32,000 nucleotides of DNA from Candidatus Lokiarchaeum ossiferum (GCA_025839675.1 CP104013.1:1320001-1352000); one strand, 5' to 3'; numbered from the stretch's first letter, positions 1 through 9,917 are shown. Program-made: numbers and translations. Notes: generated by a model from the sequence alone, not told the origin.

Positions 1-300
1 TCAGGATATCCTTTTCTAAATACTGAGGCAGAAATTTCAGTAATCGTCCCTGAAAGTATGAATACAACGGAAAATCAGGAGGATCCTAGTTTGAAATCAT
101 TTAAAATTGGATTATTGCCATCCGTACCAATAACTATGGCACTATGCGATTTGGAAATCGGTATTATCGCTTTCCCAAGAGAAAGTGAAAACAATCCAGA
201 TGTGTCAAAATGTTTCTATATTCAAGATCCCCAAGGAATAAAATTTTTGGAGCAAATTTGGGTTTTTTTTTGGGATAAAGCACAAAAAATATCAAATTAG
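1..300 (+). CDS. C-terminal part of a protein whose 5' end lies upstream of the window; tentatively the C-terminal half of a DUF1724 (FilR1-type) archaeal wHTH regulator
   Basis: Frame 1 is open from nt 1 (SGYPFLNTEAEISVIVPES precedes the tracked Met at 58) to TAG at 298-300. The tail YIQDPQGIKFLEQIWVFFWDKAQKI resembles the conserved end of DUF1724 proteins as I recall them. The family call cannot be verified here. Confidence 0.5.
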   Translation, partial: SGYPFLNTEAEISVIVPESMNTTENQEDPSLKSFKIGLLPSVPITMALCDLEIGIIAFPRESENNPDVSKCFYIQDPQGIKFLEQIWVFFWDKAQKISN

Positions 301-397
301 ATTTAGTATTTCATAACATCCCGTAATTATTGCTCAAACCAAAAGTATTGGATATGACCGAAATTTTATTTATTAACCCTCCACCAGTCATTCATTT

Positions 398-1210
398 ATG
401 CTTAAACATATGCAACGTATGAAGAAATGGTATTTTTTGCAGATTTTGCTTGCAATATTGACACTTTTTGCTTCTCTTGGAGGATTGTTCCTTTCTGATT
501 TATATTCAGATTCTGATTCTATTATTGCTCAAGCAATAGGACAAGATTGGGTCACAGCCTTTTTTGTGATTCCATTGTTTATCCTTGGATTGGTTAAATC
601 CAAGGGTGGGTCAATTCATGGGACAATTATTGTTATAGGATGTCAATTATATTTAGTTTATTCATATTTGTTATACATCTTCATGGGAAATTATAACATG
701 TTCTTTCTATTGTACACCCAAATTGTTGCAATTAGTTTCTACTCCCTATTAAAATTCTGCTACAATCTCGATTTTGAAAAATTAAAATCGAATATAGATC
801 CAAATATGCCATTCAAAATGCTCGGATGGTACCAAATCTTAATTGCGTTGACGTTCTACTTCTTGTGGATGCAAGAGATACTAAATAGTTTGATTTTGAA
901 TTATTTTCCAGCGATTGACATGGAAGATCAAAAAACGATAATTGCAATGGATTTGTGTTTTCTTTTACCATTAATCATCTCTTCTGCGATTAAAGTTTTA
1001 AAACGAAATATAATTGGAATATTTTTAAGTGGGGTGATTTTAATCAAAGGGATTACCTTAGGATTAGCGGTTATATGTATGGGCATTTTTGAATATACAA
1101 TGAATCAAGCGACTTTCAACATAACATGGTATATTTTTATAGGGATAACTGCAATCTGTACGATAATGATAGTTTATTACTTCAAACACATTCATCCCAT
1201 CCCAAAATAG
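398..1210 (+). CDS. Polytopic integral membrane protein, family unknown
   Basis: 270-aa ORF with an ATG start. About 8 hydrophobic helix-length segments run through its length. It ends in TAG, followed by a T6 tract. No motif recognised. Confidence 0.7.
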   Translation: MLKHMQRMKKWYFLQILLAILTLFASLGGLFLSDLYSDSDSIIAQAIGQDWVTAFFVIPLFILGLVKSKGGSIHGTIIVIGCQLYLVYSYLLYIFMGNYNMFFLLYTQIVAISFYSLLKFCYNLDFEKLKSNIDPNMPFKMLGWYQILIALTFYFLWMQEILNSLILNYFPAIDMEDQKTIIAMDLCFLLPLIISSAIKVLKRNIIGIFLSGVILIKGITLGLAVICMGIFEYTMNQATFNITWYIFIGITAICTIMIVYYFKHIHPIPK

Positions 1211-1372
1211 CCCAATAATTTCCTTTTTTCTATTATTGAAAAATTCTAATATTGAGAAGTTACAAAAAAGGGAATTTTGCCCAATTTACATGGAAATTCT
1301 CCATTTACGATATTTGGATATAAAAAATTAAGTAACATACATCATTTCATATTTAGATATAACAGAATTTAG

Positions 1373-1729
1373 AGTAGGTCTGACATTTCGATTAATGGAA
1401 TAGATTATCGATCGATGAACATCGCAGCCTTAGGAAGAATAGGACGCGGAAGTTATTTGAGTAATCGTAAACCTCGCCTATCTACGAAATATGGGCATCG
1501 AATCGTTCGACATCCAGAATATTTAATGTATATATTATTTTTTGTAAGTTTTCCCTTCATCACCTTGAATTTATAGTTTCTTTTACTACTTCCAGGAATT
1601 TGGGCGTACTATTATTTTACGAAATCAGAGGAAATCTATTTAATGGAAGAGTTTGGTCAAGAATACATTGATTATAGTAAAAAAGTAGGTAGATTTATTC
1701 CAAAAATATGGTTACGTAAGAAACAGTAA
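1373..1729 (+). pseudogene. Remnant of an isoprenylcysteine carboxyl methyltransferase / phospholipid methyltransferase (ICMT/PEMT) family gene, N-terminally truncated with an in-frame TAG
   Basis: Manual translation gives ...KYGHRIVRHPEYLMYILFFVSFPFITLNL*FLLLLLPGIWAYYYFTKSEEIYLMEEFGQEYIDYSKKVGRFIPKIWLRKKQ*. The RHPxY and EExxLxxxFGxxYxxYxxxVxRFIP signatures of the family are both present. An in-frame TAG lies at 1574-1576. The frame is closed by TAG at 1370-1372, so only about 35 residues precede the RHP motif. Confidence 0.6.
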
Positions 1730-1902
1730 ATTTGGTCAAAATATTCAAGACATCTGAAGATTGAAAAAAAATATTTCTTACCCACAAGTCAACCTCATCT
1801 AAAGAGCCTATTTGAATTGTTCCTACGGCTGAAATTTAAACGCGACAGGATAGTGATTTAAGAAATCATGATTGTTTTCCAAATAAGAGTTAAAAATTGA
1901 AT

Positions 1903-1910
1903 AAAAAAAA
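1903..1910 (-). terminator. Oligo-T (T8 on the minus strand) tract downstream of the DUF3160-like gene
   Basis: A8 on the plus strand lies about 40 nt past the stop at 1949-1951, preceded by two copies of CCGATCTTT on the minus strand. Archaeal termination typically uses oligo-T tracts. Confidence 0.35.
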
Positions 1911-1948
1911 GATCGGAAAAACCATATTTAATGGAAAGATCGGTTTAC

Positions 1949-4747
1949 TTAATCCCAAATGATATCTTTCTTTTTGGCGGTTTTGATGCCAACAACATGC
2001 AAGCCAATTAAGATAAAGGGGGAGGCAGTAATTCCAATGAAGCCAAGGGTGAAAGAAAGCCCAAGAACAATAATTAGGGTTGCGAGCCAGACCCCCAATC
2101 CCCAAAAACCCCATTTGAGACAATTTTTTCCACTTTGAGGTCTTTGTAGAATGGCAAACAAAAAGGCAAAACACCAACCTAAGACAGGAATAAGGAAACT
2201 GAGGATTATGGTTGCATTTGACGGTTTTCGGAGAGCTATTTGTTCCGGAGTCAATGTTCTTCTTAAGAAATAATCTTCTTCGGCAAAATTGATAACATAA
2301 TTAACCTTGTTGGATGCAGGATTCAGGACCTTCTTTCGATGGCGCAATTCAAAGTAGGCTAATCCAAAACCCACGGTAAGGACGAACACAATTATTTGAT
2401 TTAAGTGGGAATAGAAGATATTTCCTGTGTGAAATTGAAAATCAAGGTTGTCAATTGGGAAGGGAGAATTATAGGTTAAGCCAATGGTCAATGTTGGATA
2501 ATTGTTAGAAACGACTAAACTCGCGGAAGTTTTGTACCAACTGGGAGCTTCAAATCCTAGATCCCCGAATTCCGAATCAAATAAAATCGAATCAGGCATG
2601 CTAGTTGAAGCCATATAGTTTTTCGCCCAGGGACCTCGAAAATCGAACCCTCGAAGTTTGTCATACACGATCCCACGCCACATCTCATCCGTCATTCGTG
2701 AATCAATACCTACTTGAAATTCATAATAGGAAAAGACGGGTCCCACAACAGCCATAGTTCCTCCGTCCCAACCAGGGACAATAGCAACAATATGCTCAAA
2801 TAACCCCGTGGCAATTTCTAAAACTTTCTGGGTAGCAGTATCAGTGTGAATATCAGCAATCAACGACACGTGACTGTTAGGTTCTTTACTTAGTGCGTTA
2901 TACCCATAATCGATATTGGCTAATAAATCCGTTAACCACCCATGGGCAGTATAGCCACTATAGAAATCAAAGGTTCTGAAGAACACCGATTGGAGAAATT
3001 CCTGCTGTTCGGCAGACAAACTCCGTTGTTCCAACTCATTTTGCGCAATGGAAGACAACATAATCAATGCATCTATCAATTGGGAAGCCCCTTCGTCAGT
3101 TTCGGAATATTGAATTGGAATAGAATTTTCCACAAAGTTTATCCAAGCGCTATATTCGGAAACCATTCTGGCCAATTTTTGATAAAATTCGGGGTAAGGT
3201 TCCACATACCCCGCGGGAGTAGAGCACATAATCCCTCCAGAACCTTGTTGAATATACAGGATCATATCATGCTTTAGTTGCGCCCAAGAACCTAAGATGG
3301 TGGTCATTTGTTTATCTTGCCATATGGGACTAGCCATAAACTGAGGAATTACAATATTGGACGTGTTCGCCATTTTGGGTTCGGGCGAGGCGATTTCTTG
3401 CAAAGAGTCATACCACCGCATAGTAATGGAAGCGTTAGAGGATTCAGTCCAATTTTCCTTCGCTTCTCTCAAATCTAACAATTTATCTTGATAGGGAGAA
3501 TCTAATCGATTAAGGGCATGATCTGAATCCATTACGATGGCTGCAAATTCTAATCCCGAAGGAAAGGCTTTCCCTTGTATATAGGGATTTACCATTTGGT
3601 TGAGAAGATAGGTATCCATTTGTAATCGTTCTCCAATAAAATGAAACGTTTTTGGGTCCATATTAAAGGATTCCATCGCTTTTGCAATTAGGCCAGTCCC
3701 CAAGGGATGAGTAATAGATTGATTAGATAGAATTGCTTGGCGTATAGTTTCAAGAGAACCGGTAGAAACATCGGTAATGTTGTTTTGATCTAGAGTCATC
3801 CAGTTCTGTGTTTCGCCAAGTAGATCAGGAATAGTCACAGAATAGGATTTTCCCACCACTTTATCTAAAAACTGATTAAAGGTTGTATAGATACCTAAGC
3901 TATCTAGGGTAGAACTTTGCTGGTAATATTTACTGTAAGTAATTTCACTATTTTCAACTAACCAAGAAAGAATTAGGGCAGAATGAAACATATCTTCTTC
4001 TTCTCGTTTTAATAAGGATTTTGTATTATACTCATCAAAATAGAATGGAATTCGGGCCAACCACTTGAATAATCGAAAGTATTTTTTTAGGGTCTCTGAA
4101 TGTGTATAATGGCCTCGGGGCATATATTGACTGTAATCATCAATAAATCTACATTCGTAGTCAGAGGATAAGGAAGAAATAACTTGGGCATAAGGAGTAT
4201 TCCCCATGATCAAATCATAGATCTTCTCCGCTGCAGACTCTACTTCTGGAAGTTGAGAAGAATAATCTTCCCCAATTATTTTCAAAGCTGTAGTCAAATA
4301 GATTCGTACATCTTGAATGGCGAGACTTGCTGTAACGGGAAATTCTGTTTTTGAAAAACTTTCACTCATTAGATCATGCATATTCAAAATCATTTTGCTT
4401 AAACTTTCAAAGAAGAATTGTTCTTCTAAATCTTCCAAGCGTTCATCAAATAACAAATGCCAGATATGAAGCATCATATCACTGGTGATCATGATTGGAA
4501 GGTCTTCTTCCCAATAATAAATAAAGGCATCTAAAATATCATCAGTCGCGAGTTTATTTAATACAACAAATTGATTTTTTTCGAGTAAATTTCTTTCTGC
4601 TTCATTCATATCTAAGCTGTTATTAATTAGCTCCATATATTGAGCATTCGATGAAGCGGCGTTCACAGGTAGGAAAAAAAAAGATCCTATTGTAACTCCT
4701 ATCAGCATAAATACCACGATTTTGTCCTTCTTGAATTGTAACCACAT
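1949..4747 (-). CDS. Large membrane-anchored extracytoplasmic protein, DUF3160-like, with N-terminal signal anchor and C-terminal multi-TM region
   Basis: 932-aa ORF with an ATG start and GGAG about 8 nt upstream. The N-terminus KIVVFMLIGVTIGSFFFLPVNA is signal-like. The internal MPRGHYTHSETLKKYFRLFKWLARIPF resembles the PRGHY core I associate with DUF3160. The last roughly 170 aa contain 3-4 hydrophobic helices. Confidence 0.8.
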   Translation of the reverse strand: MWLQFKKDKIVVFMLIGVTIGSFFFLPVNAASSNAQYMELINNSLDMNEAERNLLEKNQFVVLNKLATDDILDAFIYYWEEDLPIMITSDMMLHIWHLLFDERLEDLEEQFFFESLSKMILNMHDLMSESFSKTEFPVTASLAIQDVRIYLTTALKIIGEDYSSQLPEVESAAEKIYDLIMGNTPYAQVISSLSSDYECRFIDDYSQYMPRGHYTHSETLKKYFRLFKWLARIPFYFDEYNTKSLLKREEEDMFHSALILSWLVENSEITYSKYYQQSSTLDSLGIYTTFNQFLDKVVGKSYSVTIPDLLGETQNWMTLDQNNITDVSTGSLETIRQAILSNQSITHPLGTGLIAKAMESFNMDPKTFHFIGERLQMDTYLLNQMVNPYIQGKAFPSGLEFAAIVMDSDHALNRLDSPYQDKLLDLREAKENWTESSNASITMRWYDSLQEIASPEPKMANTSNIVIPQFMASPIWQDKQMTTILGSWAQLKHDMILYIQQGSGGIMCSTPAGYVEPYPEFYQKLARMVSEYSAWINFVENSIPIQYSETDEGASQLIDALIMLSSIAQNELEQRSLSAEQQEFLQSVFFRTFDFYSGYTAHGWLTDLLANIDYGYNALSKEPNSHVSLIADIHTDTATQKVLEIATGLFEHIVAIVPGWDGGTMAVVGPVFSYYEFQVGIDSRMTDEMWRGIVYDKLRGFDFRGPWAKNYMASTSMPDSILFDSEFGDLGFEAPSWYKTSASLVVSNNYPTLTIGLTYNSPFPIDNLDFQFHTGNIFYSHLNQIIVFVLTVGFGLAYFELRHRKKVLNPASNKVNYVINFAEEDYFLRRTLTPEQIALRKPSNATIILSFLIPVLGWCFAFLFAILQRPQSGKNCLKWGFWGLGVWLATLIIVLGLSFTLGFIGITASPFILIGLHVVGIKTAKKKDIIWD

Positions 4748-5034
4748 ATTTTGAGTCTCCTTTGGGTATAAGAATAAAATGAAATTACAGTCTATATAAA
4801 TTTTATAGAAAAACCTTCAGCATTTAACATCGTGCTCTAAGTGAGGTAAGAATCTCATAAAAAATGCAAAGAAATGTTTCGATATTTATTTGAGAAAAAA
4901 TAAAAAAATGGATTACCCAAATCCCCTATTCACTTCGTTTTGATACCGATCGAGCATATATTTAACACAAGTACCAGAAATATTCAAATTATGCAGTCAT
5001 GATATCTGAATTGTAGTCAGTATTTATTCGTTTC

Positions 5035-6366
5035 TTAAACCGCGGTGTTGGTAGTGTTAGTGGTTGGAGGATTTGTTACTTCCTGCGAATGCACTTCTTC
5101 TGGTTGATTCACAATTTTAATGGTGTGAACTTGTCCGAAGATGCTACTGAGAAAGATCACAATTAGACCGAGCACTCCAGCCCCTAAGTAAGTGGATGAA
5201 ATACCAATTAAATCACCAAAATAACCTGAAAGTAACACTCCAATCGGGGCACCAATCGCACTTATGGTTGAATCAATGGATATAACTCGCCCATGAGCTT
5301 CTTTTGGAGTGGACCGTTGCAGATACGTGAGATAAATAGTATTTATAATTGGAAGGAAGAAAAACATTACAAAGAAGTTCACAGACATTAACCAAAAGGT
5401 GCCAAGGGGAATTATTTTCAGCAACACGATACCAAAGAAAATTACAACACATCCCCCAATCATCCAAAAACCACCTTTCTTCCACTCTTTCTTTGCACTC
5501 ATTACCAAGGCACCACAAAGCATCCCAATTTGTGAAACAATCCCGATAATAGAAAATATCATAGCAGAACCTCCATGATCGTTTCGGATAAACAGGAGAA
5601 GTAATACATTGATAGGTTGAAGCGCTACATTCGTAAATAGGGAAATTATCATTAAGGAGAAAAGCACGGGAGTCTGACGAATAATTTGAAAGCTTTCTTT
5701 ATAATCATCTGTGAATGTTTTCAACCGATGCGTTTTTTTGTCAGGTTCAACTTTGACTTCCCGTACTAGAGTGGGGATCTTAATACCAAACAAAAATATT
5801 GTGGCAACGAACCAGGTGGCAACATCGATCCACATAATATTTTGTAATGTCCAAAGTTCTACTATCAATGCAGCCAGTAAAGATCCGATGATTTTCACTC
5901 CAAATTCCGTTAAAAATTTGAGACTATTGATTTGACTGAGTTTATTTTTGGGAACGATTTGTGTGGTGGAAGCTTGAAGGGCATTTCGATGAAAAACGCC
6001 GCCAATTGATCGAACTGCATTGAGAATGATAATTCCAAGTATGCCAATGCCTCCAAAGTGCATTAAAACTATCATCAGAACTGTGACGATAGCTTGAAAA
6101 ACATCAGCAATTATCATGATAATTTTGCGATTAAAACGATCGGTAAAAAATCCCGCGAGGGGGCTTAATAGAATCTGCGGAAGCAGTAATAGCAAATATG
6201 AGAGAGTAACCATTTGTGTATTCGTATTCAATCCGGTAATCCACCAGATAACAGCAAAAGCTACAATTTCACTACCTAAAATGGAAAGTAATTGCCCGCT
6301 CCACATTAACCAAAATTTTCGAACCGAGGTAAGTTTTGAATCGTCAGTATTGATGGGTGTATTCAT
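5035..6366 (-). CDS. MFS transporter (EntS / MFS_3-like efflux type)
   Basis: 12 or more hydrophobic helices. The motif-A-like loop is GFFTDRFNRKIIMI. The tracked start at 6375 is GTG; the first ATG (MNTPINT...) is at 6366. TTTATATAT on the coding strand lies about 40 nt upstream. Confidence 0.9.
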   Translation of the reverse strand: MNTPINTDDSKLTSVRKFWLMWSGQLLSILGSEIVAFAVIWWITGLNTNTQMVTLSYLLLLLPQILLSPLAGFFTDRFNRKIIMIIADVFQAIVTVLMIVLMHFGGIGILGIIILNAVRSIGGVFHRNALQASTTQIVPKNKLSQINSLKFLTEFGVKIIGSLLAALIVELWTLQNIMWIDVATWFVATIFLFGIKIPTLVREVKVEPDKKTHRLKTFTDDYKESFQIIRQTPVLFSLMIISLFTNVALQPINVLLLLFIRNDHGGSAMIFSIIGIVSQIGMLCGALVMSAKKEWKKGGFWMIGGCVVIFFGIVLLKIIPLGTFWLMSVNFFVMFFFLPIINTIYLTYLQRSTPKEAHGRVISIDSTISAIGAPIGVLLSGYFGDLIGISSTYLGAGVLGLIVIFLSSIFGQVHTIKIVNQPEEVHSQEVTNPPTTNTTNTAV

Positions 6367-6694
6367 TATGATCACTTAATATGTAGTTGAAAAAAATAAT
6401 ACACATCAAATATATAAAGCTTTTGCAGTTTCATTTTAGTTAATAATGATATAAGAACTTATTTTCATGAACTCGTTTTCAGTTTCATTTGCAATTATAT
6501 GAAAAAGAAGAAATCCAGTTTGATTGGAGTTTCTTGATAAACTGAGCAATTATTGCAGACAATTGTGTTTTGTCTTTACTAATATCAATAAAATTTCAAT
6601 TAAACAACGATTTAGTTAGTAGAATACAATTTTTTTATGAAATTTCGTCAATTTTATACACAATCAATTCAAATCAAGAATAAATATTAAGAAT

Positions 6695-6702
6695 AAAAAA
6701 AA
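6695..6702 (-). terminator. Oligo-T (T8 on the minus strand) directly after the stop of the beta-helix surface protein gene
   Basis: A8 on the plus strand immediately abuts the TAA complement at 6703-6705. Confidence 0.4.
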
Positions 6703-8748
6703 TTAGAAATGAGAGAGTTTTCGTTTCCATATTATAACTATAATTACACTTGAAAATAGAAGGATCAACGCTCCAGAGAATCCTGGAATAGTTGAGCCAA
6801 AAGGATTATCTGAAGAGGATGTAGAATCCGTAGATGTGACTTCGGAAGTCGTTTCAGATACCGTAGAAGTAGTGGTATTCATGGGAGGGTACGAATCAGA
6901 TAAAACTTCGACATTCAATTGAAAACTCGCTATATCACCGTCATCATCTGTCACAGTTAAGGTAACAAGGAATAATCCAGTTGCACTATAAGAATGGGAC
7001 GGATTTTGGAGATTCGAGGTTGTTCCATCGCCAAAATTCCACGAATAGATCAACGGTGATATTCCTCCACTCGAAATATCGGTAAAATACACGGTTTCTC
7101 CAGTATTGACAGATTGCTTGGAACAGGTAAATTCACTGACCAAATTTGGAGTAAAAATGTTATCATGAATATTATTCCCACTCCCCTCATCAAATATGAA
7201 ATTTTGCTCATTTTTAAGAAGATGATTCTGAAATACCATATTATTGGAGGATGTTTCACTCAGAAACATACCCCAATTTTTATTTTTAGCAACCAAATTC
7301 TTAGAGATACTGTTTTGAGAAGCCATAATCATGATACCACCATAATCATTATGTAATATATTATTTCCCGTAATATTACAATCCCAATTACCCGCTAAAA
7401 GAATTCCCATACCCAAATTGAAACTGATATTATTATTTGACACTCTAATGAGGTATTCCGAAGTTAGGCTAATTCCATCAATAGTATTGTGTTTCATCAC
7501 ATTATTGTCCACAATACATCTAGAGGAATAAAACAATTTTATGCCACTATTTGAATTATTCTCAAAAGAATTCCCAATCACGGTACTAAAAGAGGAATTG
7601 CCAAGAAAGAGCCCATCTTTTAAATTTAACAAAACCGTATTATCGATCACCGAGCAATTTGGAGAGAGATAAAGACGAATTCCGAAGAAATAGTTGTCGG
7701 AAACAATATTTCCAACAATAGTGCAATTAGCAGATTCCAGAATTTCGAAACCATCACCAGAGTTTCCAAATACAGAATTTTCACTTACGGTGCAATTGGG
7801 TGATTTTTCTAAATGAATGGCATCAAGATTGTTATTTGAAATTACGTTGTCTATAATTGAGCAATTGGGCGATTGTTCCAAAAAAAGGCCATATACTGAA
7901 TTATGTGAGATTGTATTATTAATAATATTACAAAAAGGGGCAACACCAAGCTTAATTCCAGATTGTGTATTCTGAAACACTTCATTTTCAGTGAAATTAC
8001 AATTAGATATCATGGTAAAGGAAATCCCATGACTATTACCAAATAGTTCATTTCTAACAAACGAACAATTGTTTAAGTACCAGCCTTCTAACCCCCCATT
8101 AGTATTGTTACCAAGGATATTATTTGAAACAATACAGGTGGATGTTTCATAAAGACGGATACCTGGTAAAAAATTTAGTTGATTGAAATTTTCACTTAAG
8201 GTGCAATTTGAAGAATATGATAAATTAATCCCCCATTGGGCATTTTCAGAAACATTATTCTTTAGTATGGAACAATTGGTTGAATAGTAAAGTGAGATAC
8301 CCGTGTGCGAATTTTCAATTATTGTGTTATTAATTATAGTTATATTAGAAGAATAAGAAAGAGATATTCCAGTGTTCGCATTAGTAATGGTACAATTTCG
8401 AATGTTAGCATATTTAATGGAATTAGAGATTTTTATTCCTGTAGTTCCAGCTCCATCAACAGTTAAATTAGCAATAACATATGGATTTGAAAAGGTGCCA
8501 TCACCAGCTATGTCTGGGATTACGGAAATCCAATTATCATGGTCAATTGAAATGGGACCAATACTACTTTTGGGAGTAATTTTTTGAATGGGAAGCGAAT
8601 TCAATGAAAAATTTTCTTCATTAGGGAAGGATTCGCGACTACTAGATATTTCTTTTAAAGATAAGCCTTCCAGTCCAATGATTAGAGAGGAAAGAAGAAT
8701 AAAGCCAAAAAGGAAAGCTGTGGGGTTTTTTTTGTTTTGTGATATCAT
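6703..8748 (-). CDS. Secreted or surface right-handed parallel beta-helix (NosD/PbH1-type) repeat protein with PKD domain, Ser/Thr-rich stalk and PGF-CTERM-like anchor
   Basis: N-terminal signal is AFLFGFILLSSLIIGLEG. About 18 repeats of 22-23 aa follow the pattern S-x-N-C-[ST]-[IV]-x-x-N-x-[IV]-x-x-N-x-x-x-G-I-x-L. The PKD-like segment is YSWNFGDGTTSNLQNPSHSYSATGLFLVTLTVTDDDGD. The TTTSTVSETTSEVTSTDSTSSS stalk is followed by IPGFSGALILLFSSVIIVIIWKRK. Confidence 0.9.
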   Translation of the reverse strand: MISQNKKNPTAFLFGFILLSSLIIGLEGLSLKEISSSRESFPNEENFSLNSLPIQKITPKSSIGPISIDHDNWISVIPDIAGDGTFSNPYVIANLTVDGAGTTGIKISNSIKYANIRNCTITNANTGISLSYSSNITIINNTIIENSHTGISLYYSTNCSILKNNVSENAQWGINLSYSSNCTLSENFNQLNFLPGIRLYETSTCIVSNNILGNNTNGGLEGWYLNNCSFVRNELFGNSHGISFTMISNCNFTENEVFQNTQSGIKLGVAPFCNIINNTISHNSVYGLFLEQSPNCSIIDNVISNNNLDAIHLEKSPNCTVSENSVFGNSGDGFEILESANCTIVGNIVSDNYFFGIRLYLSPNCSVIDNTVLLNLKDGLFLGNSSFSTVIGNSFENNSNSGIKLFYSSRCIVDNNVMKHNTIDGISLTSEYLIRVSNNNISFNLGMGILLAGNWDCNITGNNILHNDYGGIMIMASQNSISKNLVAKNKNWGMFLSETSSNNMVFQNHLLKNEQNFIFDEGSGNNIHDNIFTPNLVSEFTCSKQSVNTGETVYFTDISSGGISPLIYSWNFGDGTTSNLQNPSHSYSATGLFLVTLTVTDDDGDIASFQLNVEVLSDSYPPMNTTTSTVSETTSEVTSTDSTSSSDNPFGSTIPGFSGALILLFSSVIIVIIWKRKLSHF

Positions 8749-9040
8749 TAGAATTTAACTCTTTTAACAATGTATGGATATTAGCCGCTTCCTTTTTATA
8801 TTTCATGAATTAAATTAAAACATATCAGCACTATTAAAGACAATATTGAATGTAATACACATAATCTACATTTGATGAAGATTTCATGATATTTATGAGA
8901 CTATTTCTCTTGGTTATCATCGCTAAAACTAATCAATTCATTCGATTTTTTAATAAAACAACTAATTTAAGCTAGTTTGATGAAAGAAGAAAAAATTAAA
9001 ATAAACATTAGTTCTGAACCGGTTATTTATGGATTTACTA

Positions 9041-9841
9041 TTATTCGACAGGATTTCCGTGTTCATCGAAGAATTTATTCTTTGCTTTACTTGCTGTGAG
9101 AATTCTGATCATAATCTTGAATGCTGAAAGAAAATAAATGTTTTTTCCGGACCCTTTAACTTTTCGAATCCTCGGAACTAAATAATCTGCAATTGTCTTA
9201 GGTTTTTCTGCTAAAACATTTAAACGTTGTTTTGATTTTAGATCGGGAGTGACTTTTAATAGCATGTCTGTTAAAACTATTCCTGGTCTGAGATCATGAA
9301 TGCCAATTCTTTTAGAAAGGTTTTTGGTCTCCAACAGTAGGGTTTTTTTGATTATGGGAATCGCCGATTTTGAGGTGACATAAGGTAATAAATTGGCAGT
9401 GGGCCTTCCATGAGACCCAGCACCTTCCATATTGAATATATGCCCAAATCCTTGATCAATCATAATTTTTAGAACGGCTCTACAGCACAATAGCGTTCCG
9501 ATAACATTCGTCTCAATAATACTCCTTATTTGGGAAACATCTAAATCAATTAGAGGCGCTCGCTTATTACCAGCGAGTCCTGCATTATTGATCCAAATAT
9601 CGATTGTTCCGAATTTATTAACTGCAAATGAAATCAATTGCTCTATATCCTCGGCTTGAACAACATCACATGGGATTCCAAAGACATTTTCTGGACCATA
9701 AATGTTTTCAAATTCCGCGACTGTAGAGTCGATGGCATCTTGTGATCTTGAAGAGATAATTACCTTATCACCAAAATCCAAGAATTTCTGTGCAAGGGCT
9801 TTTCCTATCCCTTTTGAACTTCCCGTAATAACGACATGCAT
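9041..9841 (-). CDS. Short-chain dehydrogenase/reductase (SDR) family oxidoreductase
   Basis: The cofactor motif is VVITGSSKGIGKA (TGxxxGIG). NNAG and the catalytic YVTSK (YxxxK) are also present. AGGTG lies 8 nt before the ATG. It sits 76 nt downstream of the regulator gene, with no oligo-T on the coding strand in between. Confidence 0.9.
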   Translation of the reverse strand: MHVVITGSSKGIGKALAQKFLDFGDKVIISSRSQDAIDSTVAEFENIYGPENVFGIPCDVVQAEDIEQLISFAVNKFGTIDIWINNAGLAGNKRAPLIDLDVSQIRSIIETNVIGTLLCCRAVLKIMIDQGFGHIFNMEGAGSHGRPTANLLPYVTSKSAIPIIKKTLLLETKNLSKRIGIHDLRPGIVLTDMLLKVTPDLKSKQRLNVLAEKPKTIADYLVPRIRKVKGSGKNIYFLSAFKIMIRILTASKAKNKFFDEHGNPVE

Positions 9842-9917
9842 TTTTTTTCACCTAGTTTTTAGTTTTTTTTTTATTTTTCAATACTTTTTTTTATCTCAAG
9901 ATTTAGTAAAAAACTTG

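Noticed and set aside
1574-1576. In-frame TAG in the ICMT-like frame as a possible pyrrolysine or readthrough codon
   Set aside because: TAG terminates 8 of the roughly 25 intact genes in this window (ends at 300, 1210, 9918, 12706, 18311, 19692, 21055, 23271). The frame is also N-terminally truncated, and no pyl genes are visible. A nonsense mutation in a decaying gene is the simpler reading.
4674-8733. Homopolymers in the 5' signal-peptide regions of two surface protein genes (A9 at 4674-4682, T8 at 8726-8733), considered as slipped-strand phase-variation switches
   Set aside because: They encode Phe-Phe-Phe and Lys-Lys runs, which are common in this AT-rich coding sequence. Similar runs occur in non-surface genes (for example T9 at 260-268). 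There is no evidence of length heterogeneity.
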